In this document: piece by piece, positions 9,117 to 17,919 of the stretch
Layout: each line of letters opens with the position of its first letter
Numbering within the stretch: the stretch's first letter is position 1
NCBI GenBank assembly: GCA_964252075.1
Contig: CAXULY010000001.1
Span: 55,539-119,538, forward strand
Length of the DNA: 64,000 nucleotides
Reading direction: 5' to 3'
Source of the DNA: an uncultured Deinococcaceae bacterium
GTDB taxonomy: Bacteria; Deinococcota; Deinococci; Deinococcales; Deinococcaceae
Translations under genes and position numbers: made by a program
Notes under the pieces: generated by a model
What the model was told of the DNA's origin: nothing
Databases searched by the model: none
The model's input: only the letters and a program-made list of their open reading frames with translations

Positions 9117-9286
9117 CGCAACCGGGAACAGGAACCCAGACGGCCAAAGCGCCCACCGTGGCGTCCAACGTCCCGGACGCCCACATCGACCTGCAGAAAC
9201 TCGCGGAGAAGGTCTACCGCCTCTTCATGGAGGACTTGCGCATCCAGCAGAACCGCGTGTGGGGCGGCCGGAAGGGACACTTCTAA
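9113..9286 (+). CDS. 57-aa small protein with CIS-type 'DLxxLAxxVY' helix motif
   Basis: Below the ORF-track cutoff. MTQPGTGTQTAKAPTVASNVPDAHIDLQKLAEKVYRLFMEDLRIQQNRVWGGRKGHF; GAGGAGG RBS, ATGA overlap upstream, TAA abuts the next ATG. Confidence 0.8.
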   Translation: MTQPGTGTQTAKAPTVASNVPDAHIDLQKLAEKVYRLFMEDLRIQQNRVWGGRKGHF

Positions 9287-9736
9287 ATGCCTGCCGTCAA
9301 GGAAAACCAGAGCATCCCCGTCCTCAACGCCAACTGCCGCTACTACGTGCAGATCGACGGCGCGAACAAAGCAGTGTTTTCAGAGGTCGGCGGTCTACAA
9401 ATGGAGACTGAACTTTTCGAATACGCCGAGGGCGGCAACAACGAATACGTGCACCGCCTCCCCGGACTGTCCAAGGTCGGGAACCTGACCCTCAAGCGCG
9501 GCATCACCGTCGACAACGAACTCTTCAAGTGGTACCTGCGCATCGCGCAGGGCATCATGGACCTGCGCACCGTCACCATCACCGTGTACGCCACCAGCGG
9601 CGAGAAGGTCGTGCGCTGGGAACTCCTGAAGGCCTTCCCCTGCAAGTGGACGGGCCCGCAGATGGCCGCGAACGGCGAGACCGTCGCGCTCGAAACCATC
9701 GAGATCGCGCACATGGGCGTCATCGCGGTCGACTGA
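9287..9736 (+). CDS. Tail tube protein 2 (T4 gp19-like)
   Basis: FSEVGGL..E.E..EY.EGGNN.YVH.LPG......LTLKRGI...AFP.KW.GP...VALET.EIAH.G. Confidence 0.93.
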   Translation: MPAVKENQSIPVLNANCRYYVQIDGANKAVFSEVGGLQMETELFEYAEGGNNEYVHRLPGLSKVGNLTLKRGITVDNELFKWYLRIAQGIMDLRTVTITVYATSGEKVVRWELLKAFPCKWTGPQMAANGETVALETIEIAHMGVIAVD

Positions 9737-9829
9737 ACGCCGCCCGCACCGAATCCGCCCTCGCCCTCGTGAGGGCCGCACAGCGCTCCGCCCGCCGGGG
9801 CTGCGGGCACCAGCCTCAGGAGGGAAGGC

Positions 9830-12800
9830 ATGCCGAACACCCCGTTCCAGAAGCGCGCCGACTGGCTGCAACACTACCGCGAGCACTTCACCGTCATCTT
9901 CGGCGACCTTCGCCCCGCCGCGCCCCTCGTCGCGCCCTGGCCCGGCGCCGCCCCCACCGTGCCCGCCGCGCCACAGGTGGCCCCGCGCTGGCGCGTCACC
10001 GCGCGCGTGAAAGCCCCACCTGGACTGCAGGATGACCCTGGCGCCGCCCTGTGGGACCAGCAGGAAAGCGCAGTTGCACCCGCGCCCGACCTGCCCGCGT
10101 CGTGGCCCATGGAGGCCAGCCCGGCGCCCACGCGCACCGAGCCGCTCGCACCCATCAGCGCCCCAACACCACCTCAGCCGGTGCCCAATTGGCAGGCCGC
10201 GCCAGACGCCTCCCAGTCCGCCGCGCAGGCGGACGTGGTGCCCACCGGGTGGGCGCCGAGTCCAGCGCCGCAGCCGACTGAACCCGTCCCCAGCGCCACG
10301 CCGCCCTACTTCACGCCGGTGGCCGCGCCACCCGCTGCCCTTTCCCCCGCACCTCAGGGAGGCAGCCCGGTTGGGGTGCCAGCACCCGACGGTTATCCAG
10401 GCCCTCCCACGCCGCTTGAGCCGCGCCTCCCCGGCGAGGTGGAAGCTGAGCGGCGCGCCGCCGCCGCCCGGCGCCCCTCCGGCCAGCTGAGCTTCTCGGA
10501 GTTGCTGGCCTTCCGGCAGCAGGCGAGCGACGCCACACCGAGCGCCCCCGCGTCCCCCGCGCCTTTCGGCGCGCTCGGCGACGTGTGGCAGCGTGACGAA
10601 GGACCCGCGACCAGCGACCACAACGCATCCGGCGCGACCAACGTGACGACCGGGCAGACGTTCCGCTCGCCTCCCCCCGTCTTCGATCCCGCCCTCGTCG
10701 TGCCGGATCTCAAAGACCAACTGCAAGGGGCTACTTCGACCGTCGCCCCTCAGGTGACTGCGACGGCGCACGCCGAGCAGACTGGGTCACCTGCGCCGAC
10801 AGCCCCAATGCCAGCCGTACCTCCGCAGGATGCTGTTGGTGCTGTGCAGGCCCGAGCAGCAGCACAGCCCACACTCCCCACACGGGATGAGGCGTCGCCT
10901 GCAGACGTGGCAGCTGTTTCCGAACCAGTTTCGGCAGCTAGGCCTCACATTCCAATCGCGACTCCTGGCGTCCCCCCAGCGCCAATTCAACCTCGCCCGG
11001 ACGTGGCGCAGGAGCGGATTGAGGCCAACGCTGAATTCGACGGCGGCGAAGCGCCAGTGCCCCCTTATATGGCCACTCCAGCCATCGGCGACCCCGCTGG
11101 CGCCGTGGTGAACACGCCCACCGCTGCGTTCGCCGTGCCACCCGAACCGAACGTGCAGCCTCAGACGCCCATCACCGCGAACGCCGCAGGAACGGAGCCA
11201 CCCGCACGGGAGGCGGCCATGCGCGCGCCCGAACCCGCGAACGCCGGGAGCAGCCCCGCTGAGCAGGCCGCGGTGGAAGACGGCCCGCCTGTGGGGTTCA
11301 ATGAGCCGTACCGGGCGGTGGACACGGACTTCCGGGCGGCGGCGCTGCGGGCGGCGGGACCGGTGTCGCCGGACGTGCAGGTGATCCTGCCGCGCCGCGC
11401 GCGCCCGGTGCCGTTCGTGCCGGGCGGCAAGAAAGCGCCGGAGCCGGAGTTGCCGGCGCACAGCGAAGCGCAGGTGCAGGGGTGGCTGAGTCGCCTGAAC
11501 CGGGTGGCGGAAGGGGAGGCGAGCGGGGGTGTGCAGGGGCGGCCCCTGTCGCTCGCGGAACTGCTCACCTGGGACCGCGACCACTCCAGAACCGCAGGCG
11601 CGCCGGACGCTCAGGACGCCCCGCCACAAGATGCCGTCGGTGGCACCACGGTGGAAGTCGTATCCGTTCCGAACGCGGCGCCAACGGCGGAGGGCCACCC
11701 CGCAGAAGTCATGGCTTCGCAGGACGCTCAACCCACTCCCGTTAATGCTCCTGGCTTCCTGCCTGCGGACGTTCCGAGTGCTCATCCGTTGCCCGCGAGC
11801 GTTTCTGAGACGGCGGGGTGGGCACCGCTTCCTCCGCAGGCGCCTGTCACCACCCAAGGGCAGGCTTCACCCATCCCAGGTGTGAAGGTTGCGCGCATCA
11901 AGCAGCCCGATGCCCCCGCGCTCGACCGTGCAGCACCCAATTCGCCCTCAATCGGTCCTCGTGCTCCCGCAACGCAGAATCCAGCCCAGGCCACAGCGCG
12001 TCAAACGGCAGCGCCGACGGAAGGGCGAGACGACGGCAGGCCAGCGCCCGCCACGCCCACTGAACTGAGTGCCGCTGGTGTTCCGGCGTCGCCGCTCAGT
12101 GGTCCTGAGTTGAGCCCATCGAATGCTGACTTTCAGGGACTTGCAGAGGCGTCAGTCCAATCCAGCGCACCGGGAGCCACCGAGTCGCTTGCGCCAGGAC
12201 CAGAGCAATCCGCCCTGCATCCGCCGGCACCCAGCGTGCGAGGTGACCTAGAGGTCAGCGCCGCTCAGCCCAGTGAAGCGGCACTGCTGGCGCGAGCCAC
12301 TGCACCGAGCGAACAATCGGGGGCGTCTAGCCTAAGTGGTGGCCTCGCGCAGACACAGGCCGCGACTGAGGTCAATTCGGGACCGCCCGCACTCACGAGG
12401 GAAAGGGACGCGGTGCCCGACGCGCCCTCCATCGTGGATGCACAGGCTGCTCAGCAGGCACTCAGTGCTGCGACGCCCGTCACCAGCGTGACGCCCGCAA
12501 CTGGAGCGGTCCAGCCCGATCAGTCAACACCCGCGAGTGACCTCGACACGACGCCACATGCGGCGCCAGCCCATGACGCAGCTCAGTCCAATCAGCCTCC
12601 ACCCTCGGCGAGTGACCTCGGCACGAGGTCACTCGCGGTGTCCATCCCTCGTGCTGCGGACAGTCACACTGAACGCACAAGCCCTGAGGGCAGAGCTGAC
12701 CTTCGTGCCGCCATTCCCGACGCGCCCATGCCAACTCAGGTTGCCGGAGATATCACAGTAGCCTCGACTCAGCCTGAAACGGTCGGTGAGGTTGCGACGC

Positions 12801-14761
12801 CAGGGTGGGACGACCGGTCCACCGCGGCCTCCGAACCTGGCGCGCGACCTATGGCGGTACCTCCAGTGCAAGCCGAAGCCAGTGCTGCACCCTCATCAAA
12901 CGATGCATCACCTGACAGCCTGCCGCCTGTGGGGTTCAATGAGCCGTACCGGGCGGTGGACACGGACTTCCGGGCGGCGGCGCTGCGGGCGGCGGGACCG
13001 GTGTCGCCGGACGTGCAGGTGATCCTGCCGCGCCGCGCGCGCCCGGTGCCGTTCGTGCCGGGCGGCAAGAAAGCGCCGGAGCCGGAGTTGCCGGCGCACA
13101 GCGAAGCGCAGGTGCAGGGGTGGCTGAGTCGCCTGAACCGGGTGGCGGAAGGGGAGGCGAGCGGGGGTGTGCAGGGGCGGCCCCTGTCGCTCGCGGAACT
13201 GCTCACCTGGGACCGCGACCACCCCAGGACCGCAAGCACGCCGGACGCTCAGGACCCCCCGCCACATAATGAAGTCGGTGACACCACGGCGCCTGCGGCG
13301 GCCAGCCCTGAAGTTGGGGCACCTCATGCAGTGACGGAGACCCTCCCGACGTCACCTCTTAATGAGGCAGCGTCGCTCCCCCAGCACGCGGCACCGTCAC
13401 TGGTCAACGGCTCGCCCGCGCCCGCTCCTGGGGTGCCAGCGCCAGTTATGCCACACCTGCAGCAGCCAGCCCAGACTGCTCGCGCTGCAGCCCAAGATGC
13501 TCCGCCGGTCCCGCCGGCCAAGGCGGCGCCAGCTCGTCCTGCGCCACCAACCATTGATCGCCCGGACGCGGGGCCAGCAACGCCAGCGATGCCGCCGCAG
13601 ACTGACATCCGGGCCAGCGTCGCCCCGGTGGTTCCCCTGAAAGCTCAGATACCAGAGGACAGCCCAAGGCATGAGGCAACGCCCGTGCGGTCCGCAGAGG
13701 CAGCGGTCGCTCCCACTCCAGCGGCGCCCTCAGCGTCGGCCGTGATGCCCGACGCTTCGCAGGCTGACGCGCCCAATGTGGGGACAGAGCGCCCAAAAGC
13801 CGCCGGGGTCAGGGGAAGCGCGGGCGCGCCCGCCGCTGACGCTGGCCCCATCGTGAATGCGGCGCTTCCCGTCGTCGGTCCCGCGCGCATCGCGGATCCG
13901 GTGAGCGCGGCGCCATTACCCGTGCCGGGCCTGCAGCGGGTCCGCAGCCGCGCCCGCGTGGAGCGCGCCCTCGCCCAGCCGGAAGCGCGCGAGCCGCTGC
14001 CCCTGCAGGCCCGCGCGCGGCTCGCCCCGCTGCTCGGCGCGGACGTGAGTGGCGTGCACGTGGTGCGGGACGCCCGCGCCGCTGAGGCGGTGGCAGAGGT
14101 CGGCGCGGACGCACTCGCGGTGGGGGACACCGTCCTGCTGGGTGCCGGGCAGGACCTGAGCTCACCACAGTCGCTGGCGCTGCTGGCGCACGAGTTGACG
14201 CACGTGCTGCGCGAGCGGCAGCCGGGTTTCGTGCCCGCCAGCGTGCGGCGTCAGACGAGGTCCGCGCGCCTGGACGAGGAGACCCTCGCGGAACGCGTGG
14301 AGGGACAGGTGCGTCAGCGCCTTCAAGCCGCCCGCCCCGCCGAGTCCCCTCGCCCGACGGCCGGTGCGGCGCCCTCGCCCTCAGAGTGGAACGGCCTGCC
14401 CGCTCCCTGGGACCCCATGCCGCACTGGGAGGCGCCCGCGACGAATGAGGCGCCCCGGCAGGCGGCCCCCCGCGCTGCCGCAGCTGCGCCCGCTCCGTTG
14501 GCGTCCGCGCCGGCGGCACCTGCCGCTGCGGCGCCGTTTGCTTCTGGTGCGCGGGCGGCCAGCTCGGCGCGTTCCGTGGCGAGTTCGGATTCTGGTTCGG
14601 ACTCGGCGGGCGCTGGGGGCTCGGAGGTCGCGCAGGGGCCGGCCGTGGGTTTCGATCACCGCAAGACGAACCGCAACGCGCCGGACCTCGACCGGCTCGC
14701 CGTGCAGATTTACGCCATCCTCAAACGGCGCCTGAGTGACGAGATGCGCCGCATCCGTTAG
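9830..14761 (+). CDS. Giant Pro/Ala-rich protein with C-terminal DUF4157 (eCIS core) domain
   Basis: 1643-aa ORF with AGGAGG RBS. About 13991-14221 reads PLP..AR.RL...LGAD.S.V.V..D..A......GA.A.A.G..V..G........ALLAHELTHV; ends PDLDRLAVQIYAILKRRL. Confidence 0.82.
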   Translation: MPNTPFQKRADWLQHYREHFTVIFGDLRPAAPLVAPWPGAAPTVPAAPQVAPRWRVTARVKAPPGLQDDPGAALWDQQESAVAPAPDLPASWPMEASPAPTRTEPLAPISAPTPPQPVPNWQAAPDASQSAAQADVVPTGWAPSPAPQPTEPVPSATPPYFTPVAAPPAALSPAPQGGSPVGVPAPDGYPGPPTPLEPRLPGEVEAERRAAAARRPSGQLSFSELLAFRQQASDATPSAPASPAPFGALGDVWQRDEGPATSDHNASGATNVTTGQTFRSPPPVFDPALVVPDLKDQLQGATSTVAPQVTATAHAEQTGSPAPTAPMPAVPPQDAVGAVQARAAAQPTLPTRDEASPADVAAVSEPVSAARPHIPIATPGVPPAPIQPRPDVAQERIEANAEFDGGEAPVPPYMATPAIGDPAGAVVNTPTAAFAVPPEPNVQPQTPITANAAGTEPPAREAAMRAPEPANAGSSPAEQAAVEDGPPVGFNEPYRAVDTDFRAAALRAAGPVSPDVQVILPRRARPVPFVPGGKKAPEPELPAHSEAQVQGWLSRLNRVAEGEASGGVQGRPLSLAELLTWDRDHSRTAGAPDAQDAPPQDAVGGTTVEVVSVPNAAPTAEGHPAEVMASQDAQPTPVNAPGFLPADVPSAHPLPASVSETAGWAPLPPQAPVTTQGQASPIPGVKVARIKQPDAPALDRAAPNSPSIGPRAPATQNPAQATARQTAAPTEGRDDGRPAPATPTELSAAGVPASPLSGPELSPSNADFQGLAEASVQSSAPGATESLAPGPEQSALHPPAPSVRGDLEVSAAQPSEAALLARATAPSEQSGASSLSGGLAQTQAATEVNSGPPALTRERDAVPDAPSIVDAQAAQQALSAATPVTSVTPATGAVQPDQSTPASDLDTTPHAAPAHDAAQSNQPPPSASDLGTRSLAVSIPRAADSHTERTSPEGRADLRAAIPDAPMPTQVAGDITVASTQPETVGEVATPGWDDRSTAASEPGARPMAVPPVQAEASAAPSSNDASPDSLPPVGFNEPYRAVDTDFRAAALRAAGPVSPDVQVILPRRARPVPFVPGGKKAPEPELPAHSEAQVQGWLSRLNRVAEGEASGGVQGRPLSLAELLTWDRDHPRTASTPDAQDPPPHNEVGDTTAPAAASPEVGAPHAVTETLPTSPLNEAASLPQHAAPSLVNGSPAPAPGVPAPVMPHLQQPAQTARAAAQDAPPVPPAKAAPARPAPPTIDRPDAGPATPAMPPQTDIRASVAPVVPLKAQIPEDSPRHEATPVRSAEAAVAPTPAAPSASAVMPDASQADAPNVGTERPKAAGVRGSAGAPAADAGPIVNAALPVVGPARIADPVSAAPLPVPGLQRVRSRARVERALAQPEAREPLPLQARARLAPLLGADVSGVHVVRDARAAEAVAEVGADALAVGDTVLLGAGQDLSSPQSLALLAHELTHVLRERQPGFVPASVRRQTRSARLDEETLAERVEGQVRQRLQAARPAESPRPTAGAAPSPSEWNGLPAPWDPMPHWEAPATNEAPRQAAPRAAAAAPAPLASAPAAPAAAAPFASGARAASSARSVASSDSGSDSAGAGGSEVAQGPAVGFDHRKTNRNAPDLDRLAVQIYAILKRRLSDEMRRIR
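11285..11584 (+). repeat. 300-bp direct repeat, copy 1 (in-frame, 100 codons)
   Basis: Identical by eye to 12923-13222; similarity continues with mismatches for about 65 bp. Confidence 0.92.
12923..13222 (+). repeat. 300-bp direct repeat, copy 2
   Basis: Identical by eye to 11285-11584; offset 1638 bp (multiple of 3). Confidence 0.92.
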
Positions 14762-14772
14762 CGGAGGACCGC

Positions 14773-15963
14773 ATGACCCTGGAACCCCAGCGCCGCGAGG
14801 CGGAAGACGAGCAGCGCCCCCCCACGTCGCGGGAGGGGCTCACGCCCGAGCGTGACCCGAAACGTGTGAAGCCCGAGGACGGGCAGGGGAGCCCCGCGCC
14901 ACTCCGCGCGCCGAGCCCGCGCCTGCAGTACGCCTCGCCGGACCTGCAACGCCCGGCGAGTGCGGAACTGCCGCGGGACCGCCTCACGGCCCTCACGCGC
15001 GCCGCGCTGGAGGCGCTGGGCGGCAGCGAGGAGCGCGCGCTGTTGTTCACGCCGGAGGAGGACGTCCTGACGCGCCTCGTGAATGACGAGAGCCTGGACC
15101 TCACCCCGCGCAGCGACCTCACGCCCCTGATTCCCGAGGAGCAGAGCCGCGGACTGAGCGGTTCCGGCAAGCAGGAAGGCAAGGCGTTCGAGGAGGACTT
15201 CCGGCGGGAAGCGGAACTCAAGCCGGACGACCTGGAGGACATCGCGCGCGAGCGCCGCGAACTCGTGCAGCAGTACTACGCGCACCAGGGGCACGCGCTC
15301 GTGGACCAGGCGGAACTCACCCAGCTCGTCGGCGCGCCCACAGCGCAGGCAGCCCCCGAGCGGGAACCGGATGGGGCAGATGGGGCACCCGCTGAACAAC
15401 CGCATGCCGGCGAGGCCGGACGCGCGGTTAGCGCGGCGGACGTCCTGCGCACCGAGGGCGGGGAGCGCGCGTTGCAGGCCGTGACGCAGCGCCTCGCAAC
15501 GGGCTTTCAGCAGTGGCTGCGGCAGGAGGGGCACTGGCACAAGCGCAGCGAGTGGCTCAAGAAGCACCTCGCGCGCACGTGGGAGTACGCGGCGGACGCC
15601 CTGAACCCGCACACGCTGCTGCTCGCGCCCAAAGGGCACAGCCGCTTCGCGAGCTTCGTGCAGGCGGAATCGCCCGACCCAGAACTGCAGAACGACAAGC
15701 TCCCCGAGAAGGACCGCTCCGCCCGGAAGGACGAGGCCCGGGAGCGCACGCGGCGCGCCGCGAAGAACGGTCAGTTCGAACGGCAGATCAAGGAGGCGCG
15801 CCGCGCGGTCATCACCGCCACCACGAAGACCATCATGATGAGCTGGGCGGACGCACGCGACCCCTCCTGGCACCTCGACGCCACACCCGACGACGCGACC
15901 GCTGGCCTGAAGAGCCCCCAGAACCACGCCATCGAGGCGTGGCTGACGGGCGCGAACACCTGA
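14773..15963 (+). CDS. Hypothetical protein, last gene of the CIS operon (candidate cargo/accessory)
   Basis: GGAGG RBS, 11 bp after the DUF4157 gene, GC3-rich codon usage, no recognisable domain. Confidence 0.8.
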   Translation: MTLEPQRREAEDEQRPPTSREGLTPERDPKRVKPEDGQGSPAPLRAPSPRLQYASPDLQRPASAELPRDRLTALTRAALEALGGSEERALLFTPEEDVLTRLVNDESLDLTPRSDLTPLIPEEQSRGLSGSGKQEGKAFEEDFRREAELKPDDLEDIARERRELVQQYYAHQGHALVDQAELTQLVGAPTAQAAPEREPDGADGAPAEQPHAGEAGRAVSAADVLRTEGGERALQAVTQRLATGFQQWLRQEGHWHKRSEWLKKHLARTWEYAADALNPHTLLLAPKGHSRFASFVQAESPDPELQNDKLPEKDRSARKDEARERTRRAAKNGQFERQIKEARRAVITATTKTIMMSWADARDPSWHLDATPDDATAGLKSPQNHAIEAWLTGANT

Positions 15964-15988
15964 ACGCCCGCACACGCGGGTACGAGTC

Positions 15989-16022
15989 GAGGGGGCGCGG
16001 CACATCTGTGCCGCGCCCCCTC
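15989..16022. terminator. Hairpin between convergent genes, right boundary of the CIS operon
   Basis: GAGGGGGCGCGGCACA-tc-TGTGCCGCGCCCCCTC perfect inverted repeat. Confidence 0.75.
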
Positions 16023-16031
16023 CGAAGTTGC

Positions 16032-16490
16032 TCAGTGAGCCGAGGCCGGCTCTTCCTTCCCGCCCGTGCCCTCGATCTGGTTCTTGATGCTCTGCAGCGC
16101 CTTCTCCAGACCGTCCTGAATCTGCTGCTCGTTCGGTCCCCCGCCCGCCCCGGAGTGATTGGCGGACTCCTGCGGGCTCGGCTCGAACGAGAGGTGGACG
16201 GTCACGTCCGCCTCCTGCGCCCCAGCGGACTGCACGCGCAGCCAGCCGGAGTACCTGAAGTCACCGTCCGAACTCCACTCCATGCGGTTCTCGTCGTCGT
16301 TGCGGCGGAAGAAGCCGTCGCTGGCGTACTCGTGCCCTTTCGCCTCGCCCTCCACATGCACCTTCTCCCCGGACGCCATGTGCGCCTCACGGGTGGTGGG
16401 CAGGTACTTGGGCAGGTTCTCCACGTCGGAAACCCACGCGAACACGTCGTCCTGAGAGGCCTGAATGCGCTGGGTCCGTTCAAAGTCCAT
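16032..16490 (-). CDS. SRPBCC (START-like) family protein
   Basis: I.A..D.VF.WVSDVENLPKYLP motif; GGAGG before MDFERT. Confidence 0.85.
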   Translation of the reverse strand: MDFERTQRIQASQDDVFAWVSDVENLPKYLPTTREAHMASGEKVHVEGEAKGHEYASDGFFRRNDDENRMEWSSDGDFRYSGWLRVQSAGAQEADVTVHLSFEPSPQESANHSGAGGGPNEQQIQDGLEKALQSIKNQIEGTGGKEEPASAH

Positions 16491-17067
16491 GGGTGCCTCC
16501 GGGGGCAGGGCGGGATGCGGGCGTGCGCGAACGAGAGAAGCGTACATCCCACCCGGGACCGCCCCATGAAGCTTCAACCCAGCGCCCTTCACTGTCCTCC
16601 AATGACACCTCGCACTGGTGTCCCTGGATACAGGATGGGGCGGTTGCCCATGTGAGCGCGACGGTGCAGCTGAAACTCAACCGTGCGTGTTTAATTGCTG
16701 TGCCACGTGCGGGGCGAGTGAACTTAATGGAGCGGCGGGCAGCATCCGAAAGCTCCACGCGGCTACGCCTGTGTGGTTGGTTCACGAGATGATGCACCAT
16801 CCTCAAGAGGGCGCGTGGAGCTCCATGTCGTTTGGACGGTCACTCTCTACTATCAGGGTGCATAGAGAGCCCTGGTGTACCGAGGGTGAACCGAGCGGCG
16901 AGAGTGCAAGGTCCGTCCTTCGCCGCTGTTCGTGCAAATCCCCTCGCGTGCCTTCCGGGCAAAGTGTGTGCTCTTTGCTTACGGGGAACCCGCAGTATTC
17001 CAGCGCAGGTCAAATCGACTCGTTCAGCTTGCGGAACAGATAGCACCTATAGGGGATGAGGTGCCAT

Positions 17068-17736
17068 TCACCCGCGCACGGCGTACCCCACGCCGCGCAC
17101 GGTGCGGATCAGACCATATGCCTCGGCGTCACGCAGTTTGTTGCGGAGGTGCGACATGTGCACGTCCACCACGTTGCTGCTGCTGGGCAGGTTGCCCTGC
17201 CACACCTCGTGATTCAGCATCGCCCGGTCGAACACGCGGCCCGGTTCGCTCATCAGGACGGCCAGAAGCTCGAATTCCTTCGCGGAGAGGCGCAGCGCCT
17301 CATCGCGGTAGTGCGCCTCGCGCTTCTGCCGGTCGAGCGTCAGGTCGCCGCTCACCAGTGGGCCCTCGCCCGCCTGCTGCCGGAACTGCACCTGAATGCG
17401 TGCCAGGAGTTCCTGCGGGTGGAAGGGCTTCAGCATGTAATCGTCCGCGCCCATGCCGAGCAGTCGCACGGTTTCGTCCGGCGCGTCGCGCGCGGTGAGC
17501 ACGATGATGGGCACACTGGATGACTTGCGCAGGCGCTGCACCACGTCGCTGCCGTCGAAGTCCGGGAGGCCCAGGTCGAGCAGGATCAGGTCCGGGAACT
17601 GTTCGCGCGCGGCGATCAGGCCGTTCATGCCGGCGTCCGCGTGAATGACGTCGAAACCAGCGTCGGTCAGGTCGAACCGCAGGACGGCGGCGATGTCCGG
17701 GTCGTCCTCGATGATCAGGATGCGGCGCAGGTTCAT
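17068..17736 (-). CDS. OmpR/PhoB-family response regulator (orphan)
   Basis: IEDD, LILLDLGLPD, TA, GADDY..KPF receiver domain; VVDVH...LR.KL...IRTVRGVGY winged helix. Confidence 0.93.
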   Translation of the reverse strand: MNLRRILIIEDDPDIAAVLRFDLTDAGFDVIHADAGMNGLIAAREQFPDLILLDLGLPDFDGSDVVQRLRKSSSVPIIVLTARDAPDETVRLLGMGADDYMLKPFHPQELLARIQVQFRQQAGEGPLVSGDLTLDRQKREAHYRDEALRLSAKEFELLAVLMSEPGRVFDRAMLNHEVWQGNLPSSSNVVDVHMSHLRNKLRDAEAYGLIRTVRGVGYAVRG

Positions 17737-17919
17737 GGGAAGGGTATAAGGCAGGGGTGGGACCGTGCGGCTGAGCTGTACCGCCGCGCGACCTTTTACA
17801 TGGCGGAAGGTGACTTATGGATCTCGTGAAGGGGTCTGAAGGGAAACAGGATGATTGCAGAGCGTGGTCAATCGCCTCGCGCCGCGTTCTCGCGGAGTGA
17901 ACACGCTGCGGTCATGTTC

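Noticed and set aside
11285..13222. Repeats as IS ends, CRISPR or DGR template/variable pair
   Set aside because: Two in-frame coding copies only; no transposase, spacers, reverse transcriptase or adenine-specific mismatches.
1..16022. Prophage, R-type tailocin or T6SS interpretation of the tail genes
   Set aside because: No head, packaging, integrase or lysis genes and no TssJLM/ClpV visible; single-chain sheath, gp19 tubes, DUF4255, DUF4157 and Afp15-like ATPase fit a CIS.
16493..17059. Short track ORFs in the lower-GC gap
   Set aside because: Atypical codon usage, no RBS or leaderless signal, no recognisable motifs.
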